Below, in pieces: positions 34,300 through 48,287 of a DNA stretch of 64,000 bases; position 1 is the stretch's first letter, and every line of letters begins with the position of its first letter. The translations under genes and the position numbers were made by a program. This DNA is from Antedon mediterranea (lineage: Eukaryota; Animalia; Echinodermata), in contig NC_092674.1 of the NCBI RefSeq assembly GCF_964355755.1, forward strand, positions 18,290,001 to 18,354,000. The letters run 5' to 3'. Below the pieces are notes generated by a model. It saw nothing but the letters and a program-made list of their open reading frames with translations, ran no database searches and was not told the DNA's origin.

Positions 34300-36700
34300 A
34301 AAAAATGACAATTCTGTGGGTATCGGTGTCTGGATCTCAATGGAGATTAAAAAAAAAAAAGCGAAACCTAAATCAAAATAAAGGAATAACAAAAATTAAA
34401 CAAAAGAGGCACAAGCTGGTGAATAGAGGGTGGAGAAAGTAATGGTAGAAAACAAAGAAGATAGCTTGGTAGATATCAACAATTTTGAAATAGAACTTTA
34501 AAAAAACAACTTAAATAGTGGTTAATATTGAGACTTAAATTTAGGTACCGGTAGTCAATGGAATAATTTTACCGATTTGGGAGGATGTTTTTAATGTTAA
34601 GTCCAAAAGGTTTTGTGGTTATAGTACAGTAATTCCCAGTGGTTTTCTTTGTCTTTGCGAGTGTTGTCGCTCCATTTGACATCGTGGTCTATCGTAATAA
34701 CTCTGAAATTTGCAATCGAGTGACCAGCTGAATTAAAATGTTCGGCTACAGGTTGATCAAGCTTTGATGTTTTGATAGCTGATCTATGTTGTGTTATTCT
34801 CATACGGAGCATGTTTTTTGTTTCTCCAACATACTGTTTACCACAAATATTACAGTATAAGAGATAAATGACGTTTTTGGTTAGACATTAATTGATTGTC
34901 TTATCCAAAAAATGCGGCCTGTTTGGTTACTCTTAAATTTTTCAGTAGAGTCAACCAATGAACAAGCTTTGCAGGATTTGCCACAAAGGTGACTTCCCAA
35001 ATTTTGGCTGTCGTGAGAGTTATAATTTCAATTTTAAATTTGGATCTATCACGAAGGTTGGGAGGTCTACAAAATGCCATTATGGGTGATCCGGAAAAAC
35101 AGTCCTGAGACGTTCTGTGGACTGTAGAATGGGCATATGTTTCTCAATAATAGCCCGTAATGGACCTAGGGTGATAGGTTGTGACCAATGGCACTCTGGT
35201 CGAATTTGTCTGACGTGGTTTGTACGTCGGAGTTTAGCAGTGAGGAATATCTTTTGCTTTCTTTATTGCAGTTTTGATGTATTCCTTCTTTTAATTTCGA
35301 GACAAGATGTCCGGTTAGTTCTTCTGTACGATTCTGAAAATCTAAATCTGAAGAACAGATAGTCTGATACGTAATGCTTGACTGTATGGTATGTTTTTAG
35401 TACAGTGTCGGGGATGACAAACTGATAGGTAGTAGGTACATATTTTTATCCGTGGGTTTATGGAATAGGTCAGTTTTGAGTGTACCATTCTCTATGGTCA
35501 CTATAGTGTCCAAAAAGTCAACGCTACTAGTAGATTTAGTAGCTGTAAATTTGATAATTGGGTGGGCTGAATTAATATTCAGAAGAAAGGAGCCCAGATT
35601 ATCTTCACCATGGGTCCAGATTATGAAGATGTCGTCAATGTATCTAAACCAAACAAGTGGTATATTAGGTTGGAGGGACAGAAAATTGGCCTCAAATTGT
35701 CCCATAAATAAATTTGCAAAAGATGGCGCCATTTTTGTGCCCATCGCTGTGTCATGATTTTGGAGGTAATGGTCATTGCCAAAAATAAGAAATGTTGAAT
35801 TCGTTTGTAATTTAAAATGCATGCGTTGGCTCTTTCTTCGTGAGGGATATTAGTATACAACATTGAAGCATCTAATGTAGCCAGAACAGTATTATTAGGT
35901 AAATTTTGAATTTGGTTAATTTTGCGGATAAAGTCCGTGGAGTCCTGAATGTATGAAGGCAGATCAATCACATATGATCTAAGTAAATCATCCACATATT
36001 CAGAAATTTTCTCTGTAGCATTGCCAATGCCTGAAATTATGGGTTTACCAGGATTGCCTGCTTTGTGGATTTTTGGTAAAAAATAAAATCTGCCTAGAAC
36101 TGGATTGACCTGTGCCAAATGAGGTCCAATCTTGGGATCGATGGAGTGTTTTTTTACCATCATAGAAACACATTTAGCTACCTTAATATCTGCAATTTCA
36201 GGGGTGGGATCCATTGTAAGTTTACGGTAATATGAAATTGTTTAGCTGTCTTAGAAACTCTACTTCATAAAACAACGGTATTTAGGTTTCCACGAACGCT
36301 TTGGTTTAAATTTGTTAAGTTGACAAGCATTTTTGAAAAGGACAGCGTTCCTACGAGAATGCATGTCATCATCTGCGAATGGAATACCAGATGTGACATG
36401 AAATTTGAGTCCTTTAGGGGGCCGAATGTTTAGAACGGTGTTTAAGAAAAGTACATAAATGATGATGATACCTGACACGTTTCTCAGACAGTCGACGTAG
36501 AATTTACGTTTATATTTATAAATACGAAGGCAAATTACTGAAAATGATGACAATGCTGTGGGTATCGGTGGCTGGATCTCAATGGAGATACAAAATTAAA
36601 TAAACAAAAAGCTAAATCAAAACGATAAGGTAATACAGCCAGAAAAAGTAGCAGAGCTTTCGAGCAACACTAGCCCTTCATCATATGTGGCACGGACAAG
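34300..36700 (-). mobile_element. Decayed Penelope-like retroelement (RT + GIY-YIG)
   Basis: FYFLPKIHK, AMGTKMAPSFANLFMG, WFRYIDDIF and GIY-YIG-like YLLYC..CGKQYVGETK..LRMRI.QHRS, with frameshifts. The direct repeat TGTGGGTATCGGTG.CTGGATCTCAATGGAGAT occurs at ~34315 and ~36557. Confidence 0.85.
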
Positions 36701-36750
36701 TAAACCAGTCGCTTGTCGGTAATCCCCGAACTGAGATACAGCCTAGAATA

Positions 36751-36997
36751 CCATAAATCTTCTAATTGGAACCCTGGGCTATTATTCAACATTATCTCCT
36801 TATTCTCAAAATACGGCTGCATCATAAACGACCAGTCTTCATAATGTCATTTTGTCAATAGTTTTTGTGACTCTAATATTAACCCCATGGGTTACTATTA
36901 GAGTAGTGGGTTATTATTATAGATAGACTTATAAGGTGGGTTACTATTAGAAGGGGGGTTACTATTAGAGTGTGGGCTACTATTAGAAGATTTATGA
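36751..36997. mobile_element. Small pogo-like MITE
   Basis: TIRs CCATAAATCTTCTAAT / ATTAGAAGATTTATGA flanked by TA, with internal GGGTTACTATTAGA repeats. Confidence 0.6.
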
Positions 36998-37617
36998 TAG
37001 GCAAAATTATGTTGACAAAAAAAAACTGACTACTGGTTCCTATACAAAAACTAACCACGTCATGCGCGCGGTAAGGTAACCATGATTAGTTACAATCAGT
37101 TCCAGCGTCCTTTAAAGTGTCTTTTCGAAATGTATCTAGCGCATACAAAATAGCCTGACAGAAATAAGATACTCCATACAGAATACTGAATGTTGATTTT
37201 ATCGGGACTAAAATAAAACGCTATCGATTTTATTTGTCACCATTCGAACACAAGCGGGCCCTTTGCAAACTCCCTCTTTTCAAACTCGTCCCAACACAGT
37301 CACCCCTTTCAAACTTTCCCTATGCAAAGTGGCCCTATTCAAACACGTCTCTTCGCAAGGTTGCCCTTATACTAGCCTAGTGGTGGGTTGAATTTGTATG
37401 GCATGCTCTTGCCGTTTGTTGTATAGTCTCAACTGTCTTTTGAAATGATGTGACGAAGGGGCAGCTTTGAAGAGGAGGATTGTGTTGGGAAAACATAGAC
37501 ATATTTTCACTCTTTATTCAGTGAATCCCTCTGGTACACAACATTTTTTTTAAAACTTATTGTTTTTCTTTAGTTTGTTGGTGTTGATTTATTGAATGAA
37601 GTTTAAATTGATGAACC

Positions 37618-37787
37618 ATGATGACTGTTTGGCCTCTATTACTGGACATGGACAGAGATTACTGCAAGAAAGTGTTGCGTCGTTTAGAGTTAGAGGCCTA
37701 TGCAGGTGTTGTCAGTGCTTTTCGTGCCCAAGGAACTTTAACAAAAGAGAAAAGAAAACTTCTGACAGAAGTTGCTACTGTGCTCAG
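37618..37787 (+). CDS. EMSY: EMSY (BRCA2-interacting ENT-domain protein), first coding exon
   Basis: MTVWPLLLDMDRDYCKKVLRRLELEAYAGVVSAFRAQGTLTKEKRKLL matches the EMSY N-terminus (VWPTLLDLSRDECKRILRKLELEAYAGVISALRAQGDLTKEKK). Donor GT at 37788. Confidence 0.92.
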
Positions 37788-39602
37788 GTATTATTTATTT
37801 ATGATTTGATGTCTTATTTCAGGCCGGTAGCCAGGTTTTATGGTTCAGGCGAACCCACCTTCATAGCGAACCCCCCTTAACCGACTGGGAACCCCCATCC
37901 CCGATATGCCCAATACCCTCAAATATCTCAAACTGATAAAATTAGGGTGTTCTATTTTTAGGTATATCTCTATCTCTATTTCTGTAATTGTGTCAATTGA
38001 GAGCAGAGGACTCGTTCTTCGCTTAGCACTTTTTTTGTGCACTTTGTGACAAAAGCACCAAACTTGGCAGAAACCTTCTTTAGGACCTAACAATTCTAGA
38101 AGGGGGTGCCCAAATATTTGAACAATTGACGTCATTTTAACTTCATGAAAAATTGTAAGAAATCAAATAAATATGGCAAGTTTGGTATCAGATTAAAGCT
38201 TATGACATGTAAAATACAACTATCATAATAGTATAATTAACACAAGCATGTGAAATATTTTGAACAATGTAATGACATCATAACAATATAAACTCGGGTA
38301 ATAAATAAGTTTGTATTGTAAACAATTTTAAAAGTCATACATTTTTCAAGTTTGGCATCAAATTAAAGCTTATGATTATATAAGTTGCATGAACACACTG
38401 AAAACAATATAATGATGTCATTGCAACCACACCAATTTTTATGTAACTATGCACAAGGGCAGCTTTTTACATTCACACTTTAGTAATTCTCTACAGACTT
38501 TGGATGCCTCAGGTAGTTTCCAAACTGGCCTCCACATAGGACTACTGTAAATTAAAGCAGGGGTCCCAAGTTCAAAAAGTTAATTCGCAGGAGATTTTTT
38601 CGTATGGTGGCGCTATTGCTCCCAAACCCTTCCCACCATGCATCGCTCACGCTATTTGCGATATATAAACCTTATGCGAGGCATATTTTGGGCCGGCGTT
38701 GTTGCATGCTTTTCATCGATTTTTTAAATAAACAAGTTCGTTCATCGCCTAATAATTGCAAAATAATATAAACAGGGAGTGCCTTGTTCTTGTCTTTATT
38801 ATTGTCTCGCGTTTTGATTTTTTAACCAAGGCGCCAAGCCTTTCCAACAATGTGTACTAGGCTAGGCCTACCTCATGAAAAGCTAAACACAATACTTTGG
38901 ATCTGAGGATTTAACAAGAAAATTACACAGGTTTATACCCAATTTGGTAACAAACAAAAGTGTAATTTTCTTCTCTGCTACAGTTGAGTTCTGTTTGGTT
39001 TGCTTATTTGTTAAAATATTTTTTACACTATAATTTATGTTGTAAATTGTTTGCTATGAAACCTACGCTAATTAACTGTTTATACAATAATGTAAGTAAT
39101 TAAAGTATAGTTGACAATACACATTATATAATAAAATACATGACATAAAAACCCAAATATAAACTAAAATATTTATAATATGTGTTAAAAAATGTCTAAA
39201 TAAAAAAGGCCTTTACATAAAATAAAGTGCGCTCTTACTTGCCATACTTTTTTCGAAAATTTAGTTATTGCATTGCTCACAATGATAATCAATGTTAATT
39301 AGTGTAAGAACCAATCATTTAAATAGATAATCTATATCGCGTATACAATGAGAAAAAGTCTGAAATATTTTCTCCTTTCACCTCACCCTTTCCCAAAAGA
39401 GGAGGGTGGGTGGCGGGTTAACATATTCAACCCTCTTTGAATTGTCTAACCTCCCACATCGTATGATGTGTGAAACAATTCCGAGTTTTAAAAAATGTCA
39501 TCCTGCCCCCGAAGAATCTTTATAAATTATATATATATAATAAGTTTGAAGATGTCAAATAGTATTCTAATATAATTTTGATTTTTTTTAATACTATGGT
39601 AG

Positions 39603-39677
39603 CATATCAACAGAACGGCACAGAGCTGAAGTACGTAGAGCTGTAAATGATGAAAAGTTAGCAACAGTAGCAGAAAG
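39603..39677 (+). CDS. EMSY: EMSY coding exon 2
   Basis: ISTERHRAEVRRAVNDEKLATVAE; AG/GT boundaries, phases compatible with both neighbours. Confidence 0.92.
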
Positions 39678-40147
39678 GTAAACTAATTATTTTTTACCTG
39701 GTCTTCATTAGGAAGCTCCTCCCACTCCCAAACAAATTGATCTGCACATCAAACCTTGAAAAAACCTTATGTACATTAAGAAACTTATTTCTGAAATATA
39801 GCGTTAACCGATGGGTATCAAAACATGGCAGAATGATTAAGAAAACAAAATGGTAAATTTCAAATTTTTAAGTCAAACAATAAGAATTGGTCATCGTAGT
39901 ATGCTTGTTATCACCCAATCAAAGTTTTAACATGCCTATAGTCTCTAGGCCAAGGCATTCCGTGATTTGTTTTAATGCTAAGTTTAAGCTAAATCAAATT
40001 CGAACAAGTACGTTAACACTAACAGAACTGTTCACTGAACGCTGTATTGCAAATGAATGGAATTCCAATAATTCCTCTTGGTATTAAATATTGCGAAAGA
40101 TCAAATAATAAATAATAATAAAGTTTATTTCATATTTCATATTTCAG

Positions 40148-40314
40148 ACTAAGCGGTAGTAACAATTCAGTGGAATGGTCCATAGAGGGTAGAAGGCTAG
40201 TGCCATTGCTACCAAGACTTGTGCCTCAGACAGCATTCACAGAAGTAGCCAATGTAATTGCAGATAATACATTCACAAAGAACTATGACTTGTCAGAACT
40301 AGCAGAAAACTTGT
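40148..40314 (+). CDS. EMSY: EMSY coding exon 3
   Basis: LSGSNNSVEWSIEGRRLVPLLPRLVPQTAFTEVANVIA; TTTCAG acceptor and GTATGT donor. Confidence 0.9.
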
Positions 40315-41984
40315 GTATGTGCCTTTCTAACTCTTTTTAAAGACACTATTTCCCTACACATTTTTTGTAAAAAACTGCATTTTATATATTGCGATCATTT
40401 TTTGTTCTTTAAATGGTTAAAATTGTTTCAATTCTAATAATAACAGTAGCCTCTAGTAGGGAGCTAGGCCTACCAGGCTAGGACGTTGGTTGTATAGGCT
40501 AGCTATCTTTTAGCCTCTTATTTTCTCTAAACTGTGTTTCTAACAAACCATAATCATACACCATGTTGAGCAGGAAACAATTTTCATACAAGCATATCAT
40601 CTTTTTTCGATAAAAATGTCCGTTTACAACGTTTAAGTAGAAAAATAAACCAAACTTCCTTGACTGACTCGCGAAGGATACATGTGTTGATTTTGTACAC
40701 ACTGCTGTGGTTTTTTTTTGGGGGGGGGGGGGGGGGTCGGGGGGTTGGGTGACGAGATCACAAAAGCTAAGACCCCCTAAGACCTAGGATCACAAAACCT
40801 AAGACCCAAGACCTAAGATTACCAATAGTTCTCTTTCGCAAAATGCCTTGTATTTTAAATCTAAATTTGTTAACCAACTTTATCCTGAATACCACACCTT
40901 AGAATTAGATGAAGAAGAATCCAAAAATAACAATACATTCTTTAAATAAATTGATGATTTTAAAGATGTTTTTCTCATGCGAATTTCGCATAATCTGTGT
41001 TCAATATTTTGTTTCTATGGAACGGCAAAAGAGCAACATTAATAGAGGGCTAAAAACTATGTGAAATCCATCTATTTAACTCATATTTTGGTGAAAATCA
41101 TGTTCAATTCAATATATTTTGTCACTGTCAATACAAATAAAATGTTGCTGTTGATACTTTACACGGTTTTGTTAACTTTCAGAATAAAATCCACAAATTC
41201 ATCATATCCCCTTAGGTCGCCCTTATGACTAGGCCTAGGGTAAGTAGTGATGTTTATGTTAAGATCGATTAATATTCTTTGAAAATAGAAAAGTATCAGC
41301 AGTAACATATTACAGCATTTTTATTGACAAATTGACAAAATATATTGAACAAATTAAACATGCATTTCACCAATAAATGCATTAAATGTAGACGCATTTT
41401 TAGCCCTCTATTATTGTTTCTTTGGCGCTCCACAGAAACGAAAATATTTAAAGTTGAGTATGCGAAAGTGTGCAAGAAACACGTCTGTAAAATCACCAAT
41501 TTTTATTTATAAATAATAGCAAGTATTTATTTGTTACTTTTTATGTGAATCTCTTTCATAAAAGTACTTATGAGGCCTAATTCTAAGGTGTGGTATTCAG
41601 AATAAAGTTAGCTGAATTAATTTGGAGTCAAAATACAATGCAGGTGCGAAAGGAAAACACCCCCTGAAACCAACACAATGGAGTAAATATATATCAACAA
41701 ACAAACCGTCCAGTTTGTTTGTTGTGAAATAAAGGTATATATTTATTCAGCGGGCGAAATATTGCGAGATTATTTCTGTTTGTGATAACATGATTGGTGA
41801 AATACAATCACATGTTACAGATTTTTGGACATTGCGGATAATTTTGAACATGTTTCCTTCGCGAGACCAAATCACTCACGCTGATACATTGCGATGTATA
41901 TCAAAATAGAGTACTAAAATCAATCGATGATTTCTCAAAATTGACACGCACGATTGTGCAGAATTTTTTATATTTTCATCTTGC

Positions 41985-42450
41985 AGGATAACCTTAAATG
42001 GGATATGCATATTCATGATATTGTTGCTAAAGCATTTCGACGTTTGTACACTTTGATTATACTTAAGAAAGCCAAGGCGCCTTCTAAAGATCTACTACAA
42101 GTATATACTTGCTACAAATGTCCTTTAGTTGATATGCATGCCCTGTGTGGCACAGTTCGATTACGAAAGACCAAACTAAGTCAATAGAAAGAGTTTAAAA
42201 AGAGCTCTACGAATCATTTATGGCATGAACTATGTATCCTATGAGTCTGCTCTTCAATTGTCAGACCTTCCATCGCTAGATAACAGAAAGAGTCCAACTC
42301 TTACAGAAATTTGGTAAAGGAATAATAAAGTCTGATACATTTAGAAGCATTCTTCCCCCTGTTCGTGACATTAGCAGAACCCTGAGGTCTGTGTGTAAGC
42401 CTCTACTCGAAATCCCATTTGGTCGTACAGAGAGATTTAGATCGACTCAT
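41985..42450 (+). pseudogene. LINE ORF2 3' fragment
   Basis: QDNLKWDMHIHDIVAKAFRRLYTL followed by a frameshifted IERV.KRALRII. Confidence 0.65.
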
Positions 42451-42453
42451 TAA

Positions 42454-42575
42454 TTAGTTTAGTTTAGTTATAATGGGAAAGTTTAGGCGATGTGCCTTTT
42501 TAACCCCATATCAACTACATTGTGTCGATGCGATTCTTGAAGGTGTTAGTGGTCTCAGAATTGACAACGTCTGCT
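42454..42575 (-). mobile_element. 5'-truncated 3' tail of the CR1 family at 53362-57400
   Basis: Near-identical to 53373-53494, including the (TTTAG)n tail. Confidence 0.85.
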
Positions 42576-43615
42576 AATAATGTAGTCCAGTAAAGATAAG
42601 TCAAAAATAGGGTGAACCTAGAACAAATTGCAACAGAATTTTTTTTTGTTTTGTCTGGTAAATATGGTTCAAATGAATAATCATATCCAAAGTTTACCAA
42701 AATCGGACATCGGGAAGTGGGTTAATTAGCATAAATTCAAAATGGCCGCCATTTGCTATTTTGAAGCCTCATATCTCTCTAACGGTTGGATTTAGACCAC
42801 CTAAGTGCATTACGAGTAGATATAAATGTGATATTAAACATTCTAATTAGCATATTTAAATTTCCAAATGACGTACTTATGACGTCATATGGTAGTTGTG
42901 ACGTCATATATTATGTTATAACTGTTTAAATGACATTATACTATTCGAACAATTTAGGGACTGCAAGAAAACATGTTTCTTGACATTCTCCTTGTTAAAA
43001 TGAACATTATCTCCAAAGTTTACCAAAATCGGACGTCAGGAAGTGGGTTAATTAGCATACATTCAAAATGGCCGCTATTTATCATACCATTTTGAAGCTC
43101 CATATCTCCTTAACGCTTGGTTTTAGACCACCTAAGTGCATTGAGAGTAGATATAAATGTGATATTAAACTTTATAATTAGCATATTTAAATTGCCATAT
43201 AACGTACCTATGATGTCATAAGACATATGACGTCATGTATTTTGTCACAATAATGCTCAATTGGCATTATTCTAAGGGGAAAATATAGAAACCGAAAGAA
43301 AAAAATGTTTTTAATCTCATGAAAATAGTAGAACATTTACCACATCCAGGTTAAGATCATGGGTATCAGAAGTTATTCGGCCACCCTTCACAACATGAAA
43401 TAGAACATTCCAGTTAATTTTCTGCAACTGCAACTTTTTATAACTGCATATATATCTCATATATATTTAAAGAAATAGGATTCTTAATTAAGTAATGAGT
43501 CTGGGATTTAATAATTTGACCCCATCCTAAATATGGAGTTGGATCACAGTAAGTTTCCAATCCAAAGTACATACATAGAAAATGTAATGTTGGCGCCGTC
43601 AAAATACTTCATTGG

Positions 43616-46600
43616 TGTTATGTTTGTGGGTTATGATGAAGACAACGGTTTTTATCGTGCAGAATCAATCACACGGACACTCGTGGTTATGCGCCATGAT
43701 GAATGTGTTTTATTACTAGACTTTATGTTACAGCCGTTATTTCGATATATCACATCACTTCCTTCTATAAGTTAAGTATGACAGACAGTGTATATTATTT
43801 TACGAGTTATGTCAGATTAATGATTAAAGACTAAATTGTTAAAAAAAACCGAAACCAAAACTTCAAAACATTATAAAACTCTACTCTAAATTCTAACGAT
43901 AACAATCATATGCCTCTCGTATTCTTATATAAGTAGCATCTTCTATGACTACAGTACCTGTACATACTATTGTGATGTTTTGTAACTAAAGTACCGTACA
44001 GTGCATATGTCTAAAAACTAAAGTAAGACTTAAAATCAAACATTTTCTTCTTTGTTAAACACTTCGAACAATAACCAACATTTTTAATTTGAACTTCTAA
44101 TAAAATTATGCTTCTTCGATCAACCTGCTTCTTGCTTTCTTAATTCTGTGTGGTTTAGTATTAGGACTTTTAAATACATTCACATCACTCCTCTCAACAT
44201 TTTGAGTAGATTGTGTACTACCTGTATCAACAATCATGTGATCAGGGTGCATCACTTTGACACCGTGTGAAGTATGGATTTTATACTTTCTAGGTCCTAA
44301 ACATTGGGTTACGACTCCCTTCAACCATTTTTCTTCTTTGGATTTGGGTCGCATGTTCTTAATTAAAACATTATCATCGATATGAAATTGTCTTTCTTGA
44401 TTAACATGACTATCTCTTTGCACTTTCTGTGACTTTTGTTTTTCTTCGACCCTTTGAGCCATGTTTGGACTAACTAAAGATAGTCGTGTACGTAACTTAC
44501 GTTTCATTAATAACTCAGCAGGAGTAAGTCCTATACCTTAATAGGAAATTAGCTAATCTATGTTTCATAGTGTACTTTTTTGCCATCTAGTACCTGTTTA
44601 GTTAATGCACTTTTGACAACCTGTACTGCCCTTTCAGCTGCACCATTGCTAGCTGGGTGATAAATGGGACTTAGCGTGTGTTTGATACCATTAAGTTTGC
44701 AAAATCTTTCAAACTCATCAGAAATTAATTGTGGACCTGAATCGGACACCAATTCCTCAGGAATACCATGTTCGGCAAAGATTAATCTTAACTCATCGAT
44801 CGTATTAGCACTGGTAGTGCTTCTCATGTACTTAACGTCAATCCATTTAGAATGACTGTCTATCAAAATCAAAAAATTGTCGCCGTTCTTTTCTGCAAAA
44901 TCTATATGTACTCTCTGAAACGGTCTACTGGGCCATTTCCAAGGTATTAAGGGGGTGCTAGGTGGGACATTTCTCATACTCTGACAAGTATTACATCTCT
45001 TAACTACTACTTCAATATCACAGTCCAACTTGGGCCACCATACGTATGATCTGGCAATGGCTTTCATCGCACATATTCCGGGATGCTCCCAATGCATTTC
45101 ATCAAGCACTTTAGAACGTAGTTTAGAAGGGATTATGACCCTGGAGCCCCAAAGTAAGCAATTGCCTTCACACGATAGCTCAAGTTGTCTGTTTACATAT
45201 GGTTTTATATCATCATCAAAATTGTCAACGTTTGGCCATCCATGTTTTACATAGTTAAGTACTTTACATAATATATTGTCTTTTAGTGTTTCTTTCTCAA
45301 TGTCTTTTGCTGTTATCGGAAAGTCGTCTTCAATCGCGGTAACGTTAAATATGCTTTGCTCTAGGTCGCATTCATCGCTCTTTATTGGTAGTCGCGATAA
45401 AGCATCTGCAACCGCGTTCTCGTTTGACGAAATATACTGTATATCATAATCGTATTGGTTTAACAGAAGAGCCCATCTTTGGATACGTCCTGCAGCCATT
45501 ACTGGGACTTCAGTAGTTGGACCAAAGATTTTCAGAAGTGGTTTATGGTCCGTCTTGATGGTAAACTTTCTACCCATAAGATATTTGTAAAATCGTTTGA
45601 TGCCGTAGATGATTGCAAGTGCCTCTTTTTCTATCATGCTGTAATTTATTTCACTTTTGGTTAATGTTCTTGAAGCGTAGTGTATGGGTAACCTCGATCC
45701 ATCATCCATCTGATGCATTATTACCGATCCGATTCCATACTGACTAGCATCGCATTCAAGAATTATTTTTCGCTTAGTATCGTAGTGTGTCAGACATGAT
45801 TCGCTGCTTAGGCTTTCTTTGCACCATTTAAAAGCTTGTTCTTGTTCATTTTTCCATTGCCACTCGACATCGTCACGAAGCAGCATGTTCAACGGTTGTA
45901 TGCGCGTAGACAGATTTGGCATGAATTTTGAATAAAATTGCACCATGCCAAGAAATGATCGAAGCTGTGTAACAGTTTCTGGTCTCGCTGCATCTTTGAT
46001 TGGTTTAACTTTGTCGTCAATCGGTGCGATTCCATGTTTGTCAACTCTAAGTCCAAGATATATTACTTCATCTTCTAGGAATTTACATTTCGCTCTCTTC
46101 AAACGAACATTATAGTGGTCAAATCGTCGAAAAACTTCTTCGATTATTGCCAAGTTTTCCTTGACTGTCTTTGTACTAATCAGCACATCGTCCTGATTAC
46201 ATAATACATTATTAATACCATTCAAAATCTTATCCATTTTACCCTGGAATATTTTTGAGGCTGGTTTTACACCGTATGGTAGTTTGTTGTATGAGTAAAG
46301 ACCTTTATGGGTGTTAATTGTAACATATTTTTGACTCTCATCATCTAGATTTAGTTGAGCATATGCATGGGATAAATCTAATTTAGTAAAAATACATTTT
46401 CCTGCTAACTCTGCATATAAATCATCTGAGCTTGGAAGGCTATATACCTCATCATCAATAAACTTATTGATCGTTACACTATAATAGCCACAGATTCTAA
46501 CTGTGCCATCGCTTTTTGGAACAACTACGATTGGTGTTGCCCAATCACTCTTATCTACTTTGTGTATAACACTATTTTCCTCCAATTTCTTAAGCTCATT

Positions 46601-48287
46601 TTCAACTTTACATTTGTTGGCATAGGGGACAAATCTTGCTTTAACATACACAGGGGTAACATTTTCTTTAACATTAATTTGAGCAAGTTCATGTTTCATG
46701 CCCTCATACGAATCTTCAAATAATTTACCATATTTGTTTAGTAAATCGTTCAACGTCATAACGTCATTTTTACCCTTATTTACAGATGTGTTATGTTGTT
46801 CTACATTCTTGTCTTGCTTACAACTATTTACAGTTTTAGAGTTTAACCCTTTCGTGATCTCTTTCCAATTTAACTTTACAACAGCAAGCCAATCTAGTCC
46901 TAGTAGTGTAGGTCTATTACTGTAATCAACCACATTAGCAGTTAAGTTGTGTGCATTACCATCACAATCAATAACATTACACTTTACTTTACCAAGTATC
47001 TTTAATCTCTCACCACTATAAGTTTTGAGTGGTATGATATCATCATTAGTGATTGGAATATTACTAAAATACTTATTGTAAGTATCGATACTCATTATTG
47101 TGTCATCAGCTTGTGTATCTATGTACATTTGTAACTCACTACCATTTACATTTAATACAATTCTAAACTTATCTCTATGTAATCTATCATCATTAGTACA
47201 CATAAACATATCATGTTCCTCATCGTCCTCGTAATAATCGTGTTGTTGTCTTTGAGTTTGGTTGACTCGGTGACCACGCGCGCGACGTGAAGCACTACTT
47301 CCGCGTCCTCCGCGTGCACCGCGTCCTCGTGTACCGCGTCCTCCTCTCTGCTGATAATGTGATGCGTGCTGCTGTGTATTGCGACAACAACTTGCAAAAT
47401 GGCCAATTTTACTGCAATTATAGCATTTTTTATCGCTTGCTGGACACTGTCCACTGTGAGGGAACCAACCCTTGCAATTTCTACATTTAGTGTTCGGTGG
47501 GTTAGAGCTTCTCTTTACTTTATTTATCTCACCTGATTGTTCAGTACCGCCATCATCGAAATTGGGTTTAGGATTTTCAATGCTCTCCGCTCGTAATTTT
47601 GCTGTTTCTAGAGATCTCGCTTCATTTAATACCTCTGCCAATGTCCATGCTGGGTGTTTAAATATTTCTCTCCTTAGCTTTTTGTTGCTTGTTTTCTGTA
47701 GTATTTGAGCACGTATTTCGTTATCTAGATTATTAAACTGGCAGTGTTCGCCTTCGATTTTTAGCCGTGTTACAAATTGATCAACGGTCTCATGTACTCC
47801 CTGTTTTAACTCACGAAACGTGTATACTGATAAAGCTGAATCTTGTAGTGGGTGAAAATACCCATTTAGTTTTCTAATCAAATCATCATACGTATCATTA
47901 TCTTCGGCTAAAGTATCATAGATATCGTATACCTTACTCCCTGCAAGTAGCAATAGCTGCGCCTTCTTCCGGGCGTCTACATTGATGTTTTTCGCCGTGA
48001 AGTACGTTTCTATTCGGCGTGTCCATTTTGTCCATCTGGACCCCGTATTTCTTTGGTCTTCATCCGGATTAAAAGCCTTTATTTGGTTACTAAATACATC
48101 CATATTGTATCATCAACGTTAAAATTTTAATCCTATCCTAGTCGCCAATGTTATGTTTGTGGGTTATGATGAAGACAACGGTTTTTATCGTGCAGAATCA
48201 ATCACACGGACACTCGTGGTTATGCGCCATGATGAATGTGTTTTATTACTAGACTTTATGTTACAGCCGTTATTTCGATATATCACA
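43616..48287 (-). mobile_element. Ty3/Gypsy (Mag-like) LTR retrotransposon
   Basis: 139-bp TG...CA LTRs (43616-43754, 48149-48287), 5-bp TSD ATTGG, PBS TGGCGACTAGGATAGGA (tRNA-Ser(GCU)-like) and PPT AGAAGGAAGTGA. Confidence 0.96.
44106..48103 (-). pseudogene. Gypsy gag-pol (two zinc knuckles, protease, RT, RNase H, integrase), disrupted near the integrase C-terminus
   Basis: 1181-aa ORF with CYNCSKIGHFASCC, IDTQAD, KLDLSHAY, NQDD, CDASQYGIG, RVHIDFA and HPASNGAAER. Frameshift/deletion at ~44520-44585, then a tail ORF 44106..44507. Confidence 0.9.

Noticed and set aside
43533-43775. Duplicated small ORF (also 48153..48344)
   Set aside because: Chance frame across the two identical LTRs.
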